Part shown: piece by piece, positions 54,937-64,000 of the stretch
How the letters are laid out: every line of letters starts with the position of its first letter
Position numbering within the stretch: position 1 is the first letter of the stretch
Origin: Neocallimastix sp. 'constans'
Taxonomy: Eukaryota
DNA length: 64,000 nt
Reading direction: 5' to 3'
NCBI GenBank assembly: GCA_050613775.1
Contig: JBODTK010000016.1
Location: 496,001-560,000, forward strand
Program-made: the position numbers and the translations under genes
Notes under the pieces: model-generated
What the model was told of the DNA's origin: nothing
The model's input: the letters and a program-made list of their open reading frames with translations, nothing else
Databases searched by the model: none

Positions 54937-55690
54937 GAGATATCAAGTTGTAGACGTCATGCATAGGATAAAGAGAGTAAAATTAGATAAATTTTCATCA
55001 AAAAAAAAAAAAAAAAAAAAATAAAAAAAAAGCATTTGTAATACTAATAATGTAGTGAATAGTTCAATTGGTGAAAATCGTGTTAATATTAGTAGTTTTT
55101 TTTTTTGAATAATGAGGATGCAAATATGTATGTGATATGGTACCGATTATATAACTTCCTTCTTTGTAGAAGAGATGTAGACATTATTGATTTAAATTAT
55201 AAAAAAGGAATGGGAATGTTTTTGTTTAAGAACCAAATCATCTTTGGTAATTACTCTAAAACACCACTTTTGGTGCGATATGTGACTTTTCTTTTGCAGA
55301 AATTATGCCAAGGGCCTAGTACTTGAGAAGATTTTGCTATTCCGGTGGAATAAGTGCAAAACTAACCAGGAGCGTCAACAATGAAAATGAAGTAAGACAA
55401 GTTAGCAGGCCAGCTGCGCCAATGTCATTGAAGGAAAAGACCATAATTTTTCTTTCAGTTTTGTCAATTCAAACCTAAATCAGGGAATAAGAATTCCTTT
55501 TAAGCCCAAAATTTTATAATCTTAGAGGTGAGGTTCGTTTCATATGAACTTTTTTTTTTCTGAATTTATTTTTAATATTACTTTATTAATTTATTTATTT
55601 ATTTTGAATATTACTTTTTATTTCACATTATTATTTTAAATATTATTATGTTCTAATTGGATAAATAATATTTATTTTTTTATTTGTGTC
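54849..55690 (+). mobile_element. Internally deleted LINE 3' fragment (family A)
   Basis: VQVRCF-KKWKNSK-II...REISSCRRHA*DKESK parallels the KNTKMLFIIKDLL...FWPK block at 50630-50710. It continues as YNFLLCRR...GNYSKTPLLV...MP...TRSVNNENEVRQ and then the shared family-A 3' UTR. Confidence 0.7.
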
Positions 55691-55726
55691 TACTTTCAGA
55701 TATTACTTTATTCATTTACTTCCACT

Positions 55727-55768
<42 letters not shown>

Positions 55769-56066
55769 AAACAACTATAAATGATGATATAAATAATTGA
55801 AATTGGTAAATGTTTTTATATTAATTTTTCAGATATTATATATTTTTATAATATAATTGATTATTAGTATTTAGTTTTGATATTATGAAAAAATAATACT
55901 ATATACTTTTGTTAATATTTAAAATTAATGGAGCATAACAAGTACTCTTCCTTTATAAAAAAATAATTCTTTATTTTAAAATTTTTTTCATTATAGTTGT
56001 ATAAAATTGTATTTTTAGTTTAATACATATATACCTAAAAATTTTTATATATTTATATATATAGAA

Positions 56067-56377
56067 CCCTCAGATGATTATTTCACCCAACCCTGATACT
56101 ACGCTTTGAATTGAAGCATAGACCTTGATGATTGTAAAATTTCCAATCGCCAATGATTACACCCACTAGGGAGGAGTTAATGGTTCCGTTCTGATGCTCG
56201 TGGTCATTAGAGATATATGTAGGAACGTTAGGAATGCATCTCCGGGCAGTGTGTAACGACGATTGAGAGCGGCGAAGCTGATACAGTATGCCAATAACTC
56301 ATCACCTTACAGTTAATTAATAACTGTATGGCCATATGGGAGATGGGTACCCATATGTGCAAGTCTATGTTTTTTTT
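56067..56377. mobile_element. ~310-bp structured non-coding insertion with a 15-bp target-site duplication (candidate SINE or retroposed ncRNA)
   Basis: TTTATATATATAGAA occurs at 56052-56066 and again at 56378-56392. The interior is GC-richer with multiple nested stems, and the right end is oligo-T. Confidence 0.65.
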
Positions 56378-56587
56378 TTTATATATATAGAAAATTTTAA
56401 TATATTAAAAGAAGTTTTGTTCAATTGATAAAAAAATTTTTATTACTTATAAATTGGTATTCAATAATTCTGTAAAGTACTTTTCTTATATATATAAAAA
56501 AAACTTCATATATTCAATTTATTATTTGTAAATTGATCGATATCTTATGTTAAAGAAAAAAAAATAATATATATATTTAATTTTCAT

Positions 56588-57058
<471 letters not shown>

Positions 57059-57851
57059 TTTAAATATTAAATTATTAACAATGTAACATCATATATCATA
57101 TATAATGTATAATAACATTAGATATATAATTTGGACATAGTACTCTGTGAATAAAAAATACAATTTCATAGTTATTATTTAATTAAGAATTAGATAATAA
57201 TAAGTATTTAATACCATTATACATTCTATAATTTATTTTTCTACATCAATTATTTGGAGTTTTTTATTTTATATTGTAATTTTTTATTCAATATATAGGA
57301 ATTCCATTTTTCATTTTCTTTTGTATCATCATTAAATTGCATTCTTTATTTAAAAGAAATACTAATAAATTAATTGGGTAAAATTAATTTTAAATTGATA
57401 AATTTTTCATTTTCTATTTTATATAATAATATTTTATATAACAATTAATCAATAAAAAAAGAAAGGGTAGAAATAAAAATCAAATACAATTGAATCAACA
57501 TATAAATATATATAAATTAAGAAGATTATATATAAATAGCAAGAATAATAATAATATTAAATAATTTCAATTTAAAATACTTTAATTATTTTTTTGAAAG
57601 ATCATTTATATTTACTTTAAGTCTGATGTTAAATTTAAGAAAAAAAAAATTTTAAAAAATTTTAATAAGAATCAATGTTAAAACATTCTAAAAAAATATT
57701 AAGCTTAAGAATTTTTAAGAAATATATATACATATAAATTATAATAATGATTAATGATTAAATTAAAATATTAAAAGTAAAAATTGTAATTTTTGGTTGT
57801 TTATACTTCTAGACTTTTCCGGATTATATGATTTGGAAATATTTTATTTTA

Positions 57852-57896
<45 letters not shown>

Positions 57897-58206
57897 TATT
57901 TTATTTTATTTTATTTTTTTTTTTTTTTTTTTTAATTTTATATCTTTATATGCAAATAATTATAAATGTTTGTTTACTTAATTCATATTTGTATATAAAA
58001 AATATACAAACTATTAATTGTATTTTTTTAAATTTCAAAAAAAAGTTCGTTTTTGAAATAAATTTTAATTAATTAATTAAATTATTTATAAGATAAAAAA
58101 AAAAAGAATTTTCTATATATTAGTAATTTTGATATTATCAGAATATTTAATAATATTATTTATAGTTTTTTTTTTTTTTTTTTTTTTTTTTTGCGAACTT
58201 TAAATT

Positions 58207-58428
58207 TTATTTATTTTATCCATTTATTAATTACATGAAAATTTTTTATTAGAAAAAACACAGAACTAAAAAAGAAAAAAATTAATATTATTTGTCTAAT
58301 TTGAACATAATAATATTTATTTATTTTATCCATTTATTAATTACATGAAAATTTTTTATTAGAAAAAATACAGAACTAAAAAAGAAAAAAATTAATATTA
58401 TTTGTCTAATTTGAACATAATAATATTT
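58207..58428. repeat. ~110-bp near-identical tandem duplication at the 3' end of a LINE copy
   Basis: Two copies of ttatttattttatccatttattaattacatgaaa...tttgtctaatttgaacataataatattta, with one c/t difference seen. Confidence 0.9.
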
Positions 58429-58700
58429 AAAATAGTAACATGAAATAAAAAGTAATATTTAAACTAAAGTGTATAAATAAATCCAGAAAAAAGTTCATAG
58501 TCAACGAACCTCACTTTCAGATTATAAGATCTTTGTTTTAAAAGGAATTCTTATTTTGGATTAGGGCTTAAATTGATTATCTGAAAGAAATTATAGTCTT
58601 CTCCTTTAGAGGCACTGGCCATGGTAGCTTTTCTTACTGGATTTTCAGCGTTGATGCTCCTTTCCATTTTTATCGAAATTATAGAGTACTTGGAGTTCTT
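58320..58700 (-). mobile_element. LINE 3' end (family A), minus strand
   Basis: The reverse complement reads aggagcatcaacgctgaaaatccagtaaga...aaaggagaagactataatttctttcag...aataagaattccttttaa...ttataatct..aagtgaggttcgtt...tatgaactttttt, matching 55368-55560. Confidence 0.8.
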
Positions 58701-61070
58701 AGAATATATATATATATATATAAACATACCTGATTTTAAGTAATACATAAAAGATTTTATTAATAAAACTGTAAATTTTTTTCCAATTTAATGTTACTTA
58801 TAATGAAAAACTTTATATACTACTTTATTTTATTTAAATTTTTTGCTTAAATAATTCTGAGTTTTTAAATATTTATTTTATAACTATTTATTTTACTAAT
58901 TCAATTCTATATTTTTATATAATACATTTTATTATATAGTTTATAGTTTATATACATTTTTAATTTTAATTGTAAAAATAAATTATTAATATTAATATGA
59001 ATAATAATAAATTTTATATTATGATAAAATAAAAACAATAATTATATAATGTTTTATAATAATATTGATAGATATTGATAATAAATAATAATAATAATAA
59101 TAATAGATGAATAAATAAATAAACAAACAAATAAATATATAAATATATAAATATATAAATAAATAAATGAATAATAAGAAATTAAATAAATTGTTATTAA
59201 TCTGAAATTTATTCTTAAATCCTTTTATTACATTGAGGCTTAAATATTAGTAAGCAATTATTTAATTAGGTTTATTATTATTATATTTCTGTTAATAGTT
59301 ATTAGTATATTTGAAAAAAATTTTTTTTTAATCACGTTTATAAAAGATTTTTATTAATTTATTTATACTAATACAATAGGTCATATTACAATAAACCGAA
59401 ATTAAAAAAACGAAACAATTTATATTAAAATTCATTACGAAATACAATACTTCTTATTTTCATATTTTTATAATGTGGTTTATACATTAATTCATATAGT
59501 ACGTTTCAATACATGTAAAGTTTTTTTTTTTTTTTTTTTTTTACATAGATTTCATTTTTTTTTTTTTTCTTTTACATAGATTTCATATTTAAAATAAGTA
59601 TTTATCTGTGAATATGAATATTTTATTACTATTTTATCACTAAAATTATACTTTAATAATCATTTATAAGACTATTTACTAGTAATAAAAATATTTACAT
59701 TTTAGGTATATTACTGTTATGTTATATTTAAACTATTATTTTTTTTTTATTTTAAAACAAAACTTCATTTTTGTGGATAAATCTTCAGTATTTAGTTTTT
59801 GTGGATAAAACTTTGAAACCATTAATTATTGGGTGGTATTAATAAAATTTATATTATGGATTGCATATTCATTAAATTTTACACTATTCAACTGTAATAT
59901 TTATGATAACTTTCTTCTTTAGTATATAGTGTTTTTTTTATAGAGGATTCATATAACATATTTTTTTATAACTTTATTATTATTATTTTTTTTTTTTAAA
60001 GTTAATAATGAATTTATTATTATTTTTAATAATTATTAAGATAATTTAATATTATTAATACTAATGAAATAATTTATTAATGCGGAAGAATCACCGAAAT
60101 AGTAGAATAATACTATTACTAAAAATATCATACAAAATATTAATATTTAATGAAAATGATATATAAATTTTTTTATATTTATATTGAATTATCATTAAAT
60201 TAACATAATCTAATAAAATTATTAATTTTACAAATTACTATTTATTATAATCATAATTATAAAAATTTCCCAAATTCTATAATTTTTATATGGTTCTAAG
60301 AAAGTTATAACGCTAAAAATTATAAATTATGTAATAGGATCTTCCATGTCTAAATCAATTGGTCCTTTTTTAGATTAATATTGATTTTTTATTACATAGA
60401 TATATACTAAAGTATACATTATATATTAAAAAACTTTAAATATTAATTAGAATTATGAAAATTATAAAATGATTGCATATATTTTATATTAATTAGATCA
60501 AATCATTAAAAAATAATTAATGACTATATGTAAGGTAATAATAATAAAATATGATTTTAATATTATTAGTATTGTAGATATATTAATTATTAAACTTTTT
60601 TAAAATATTATTTATTTAAAATATTTTTTTTTCTTTTTTCTTTTTTTTTTTTTTATCATTTTTTGTGAAACACAAATGTTTCCCTTAAAATGAGTTTTAC
60701 ATCACTTTTTCTTTTGTTTTATGCCATTTTTTTTGTCTTTTGTCTTATTTTTAATTTTGGATATATAATTTAAGTAATTAATATTTTTATTTATTGATTT
60801 TATAATATTAAATATATTTATACATATAAGATATATATAAATAATATATTATAAATAATTTATATATACGAACTTTATTAAATAATAATAATTCTATCAT
60901 TACTATTATTATTAAGTAAACTATTTAGAATAAGTAAAAAGAATAAATATAAAATAAATATTTTATGTACACGAGATTTTGATATCTTCAATTATTAGTT
61001 AATCAATTTTATATCAATACTTATAAGAAAGAAATAAATATAATTTTCTTTAAAATTTAAAATAAATATA

Positions 61071-61165
61071 ATTAGTGTTTGAATTGACAATCTGAAAGAA
61101 ATTACGATTTTCTTCAGAGGCATTTGCCTTACTGGCATGTATTTTCATTGTTGACGCTCCTATTA
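61071..61165 (-). mobile_element. Short LINE 3' fragment (family A), minus strand
   Basis: The reverse complement contains aggagcgtcaacaatgaaaat, identical to 55368-55388, and taatttctttcagattgtcaattcaaac. Confidence 0.75.
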
Positions 61166-64000
61166 AATCTATAGAATGTATAGAATATATATAGGCTGTT
61201 TTTTTTTAAAACTCCAAATATTTAAAACTTCGCAATATAATAGTCATAGATAAACATATAACAAAAATCAAAAAGTCGTAATTAAATAGTAAAAAATGCA
61301 GTTATTTTAAGGTTTATAAAATGCTGATACTTCTATTTAATATGTTATAAATACAATAAAGGTTAATAATATTTAATGAATAATAATAAATGATAATGAA
61401 TAATAAGAAATATTAATAATAGATAAATAATAAATGATTAAATTATAAAATCACTTTTTATAATATTTTAATGGTAAAAAAATACATTCAATAAATAATA
61501 TATATATGATTTTTTTTATAATTAATTTTGTAGATTTATAATTAATATCAAAATTAATAAGAAATGTATTTATATTAGTATTTAAATATTTATATATAGT
61601 TGTCTGGAAAATTTAATTACTAAAATGATATATAATATTATAATAAAAATTATATATTATATATATTTATAAAATTTGTATAATTTATTTCTTTATATAT
61701 TTATTATATTGCTTAAATTTTTTTTTTTTTTTTTAAATTTTCCGTATAATTGAATACAAATATATTAAACAATATAATTTTCAAACAATATTTATTAGAA
61801 TAGATTATAAATAATATCAAAATAATTTACAAATATAAACCTCAATGTAACTTAATTGCTATTTTCATATTATTATTTTGGTATAATGCACATAGTTTGG
61901 TTTTCTTATTTAATTTAACCTTACTTTACTGAAATTTTATTCGTTAATCCATCTACTAATTATTTAATTTAAATATGACTCTACTATTTTTTAATATAGA
62001 AATAATTTATTTTAATTAAAAATTTCTTAAGGTAATACAACCCCAAAAACTTTAAAATAATAATCTTTTTATTATTATTAGAGGATAAAATTTTATTTAA
62101 ACAGTATTGAAATATAATATTATGATTAATAAAGTATATTATATCATATATAAAATTTCTGAATTTATGACACATATCTTTTCTTCATATTTAGATATAT
62201 ATATTTTTTAAAAAATATCTTATTATCATGATATTTTATATTTATTTATTTTTATTTTATTATTTTTTTTTTTTAATATATTCTCATAATTATGGGGATA
62301 TAGCAATATATAATTATATTTTGCTATATTATATATATTTTCATTCTTAAATAATATATTGTATAATATAATATTAATATTTTGTAGTAAATTATATCAC
62401 TATTTAATTTAAAATAATATTAAAAAATTTTTATCATTAATCATTAATCAGTAAATATTTGATGAAATAAATTATTTTTTTTTTTTAAAATTTATGTTTA
62501 TCTTAGTTAAACTTTATAAATTTTAAAATTTATAATTATTAAAACTTTATTAATATTAGACACATTAGTAGTAGAAAATACGACTTTTTCATTATGAAAT
62601 TCAAAAAAAAAAGATTATTTCAAATATTACCTATTATTAAATATGGGTTAGGTGTTAAAATTAAATAATTTATTCAATATTATATATTATATTTTGTTAT
62701 TATAATATTTGTTATGAATTATTTTTATATATTAATTAATGATATTAATGATAAATTAAGATTCGTGTTTTTTTTTTAATATTAAGTATATTAATAATAT
62801 ATTAGATCTATTTAATTTAGTATTGTACTAATTAATTTATAATAAGTAACTTTAATAAAATATCTATATAACTAATATATAGATATTATATATTAAAATC
62901 ATATTAATTATGTAATGATAATATAATTAAAATAAGTTTGTATCAAAAAAAAAAAAAAATACAAATAAAAATTATATAATAAATTAAATTTATATATTTC
63001 TAATTAGATTAATTATAAAAAAAAAAGTTTCAAAAAATGTTTTTTTTTTTTTTAATTAAACGTAAATAAAATTAATTCATGAAGAATTTCATTATTACAG
63101 TGTCATATTTTTCTATTTTATAAAATTTTGATAATTTATGTTTTTGCTTTTTTTTTTTTTTATTAAGAATCAATGATATCACAACTAATTTAAAAAAGAA
63201 TGCATTTCATATATTAAGTCATAATTATTAATATTCTATGATTAATATTTAATAATACATTATTAAATATGAGTATTATTTTTGTTAAACAATTTTATAT
63301 TAATTTTTTAATTGTCTATTTTATTTAGATGACACTAAATAAAGAAAAATATTGTATAATAATTAATATACATTTAAATTCACTATGTAATTTTATTTAT
63401 TATTATGAATTTTTTTTATTATTATGAATTTTTTTTATTATTATGATTTTTTTTTAATATTATGATTTTTTTTATTATTATGCGTTTTTTATTAATATTA
63501 TACTTTTTTATTATTATGCTTTTAATTACTTTTTTTAATTATTAGTATTATCATTATGCTTTAATTATAATCAATATTATGTTTTTTTTTTTTTTTTTTT
63601 TAATAATACATTAATATATATATTATAATAATATATTAGAATAAATATTTTTTCTATAATTGTAATTTAGATTATTATATAGGATTATAATTTAATTTTT
63701 TTTATTTTTTTTTTTCAAAACTAAATTAATACATGTATTATAATTGGAATGAAGTAAATAATGATTTAATTTTAGAATATATTTAAAATAGTTTTTGAAA
63801 TGTTTTTAAAAATTTGATTTGTTATGTAATTTATAATTTTAACAATGAATTTTTATTTGTAATTTTTCCTCAGAGTTTTAATATATACCAAAATTTTACA
63901 ATAAAAATAATTATATCGAATTGTAAAAATATATGCAATTATTTAAAATATTAATATATTATGAAATATACTCTATAATAAATTTAAATTTAATTTGATA

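Noticed and set aside
56067..56377. HDV-like or hammerhead ribozyme, or box C/D snoRNA, inside the TSD-flanked element
   Set aside because: GGCGAA, TGATGA and CTGA words exist, but I could not build the nested double pseudoknot, a CUGANGA/GAAA core or terminal C/D geometry by hand. An Infernal search is needed.
59772..59799. TGTGGATAA, the reverse complement of a bacterial DnaA box, twice here and also at about 3435 and 7766
   Set aside because: Eukaryotic context with no origin architecture or bacterial genes; treated as coincidence.

Overview
Extremely AT-rich, intron-containing eukaryotic DNA with long homopolymers and (AAT)n tracts. The composition and gene style suggest an anaerobic gut fungus (Neocallimastigomycota); this is inference only. 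Three host genes can be reconstructed by hand-splicing: an ANKRD13-family ankyrin protein (minus strand, running off the left edge), THOC3/TEX1 (8 exons, minus strand) and a divergent Pho80/Pcl-type cyclin with a long S/T-P-rich tail (2 exons, plus strand). A gene-free stretch of about 38 kb separates THOC3 from the cyclin. The rest is transposon debris: copia RT and possible gypsy integrase fragments, a MULE transposase pseudogene, and about six non-LTR (LINE) 3' fragments. The most interesting unexplained items are three GC-richer islands. (1) A ~310-bp highly structured non-coding insert with a perfect 15-bp target-site duplication (TSD) and an oligo-T end, at 56.07-56.38 kb. (2) A ~860-bp foreign-looking coding insert with structured ends, an oligo-T end and flanking direct repeats, at 16.09-16.95 kb; it is a candidate endogenous viral element or retrocopy. 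(3) A ~400-bp structured poly(A)-tailed element fused head-to-head with a LINE fragment, at 54.42-54.85 kb. Most ORFs in the supplied track are low-complexity artefacts.
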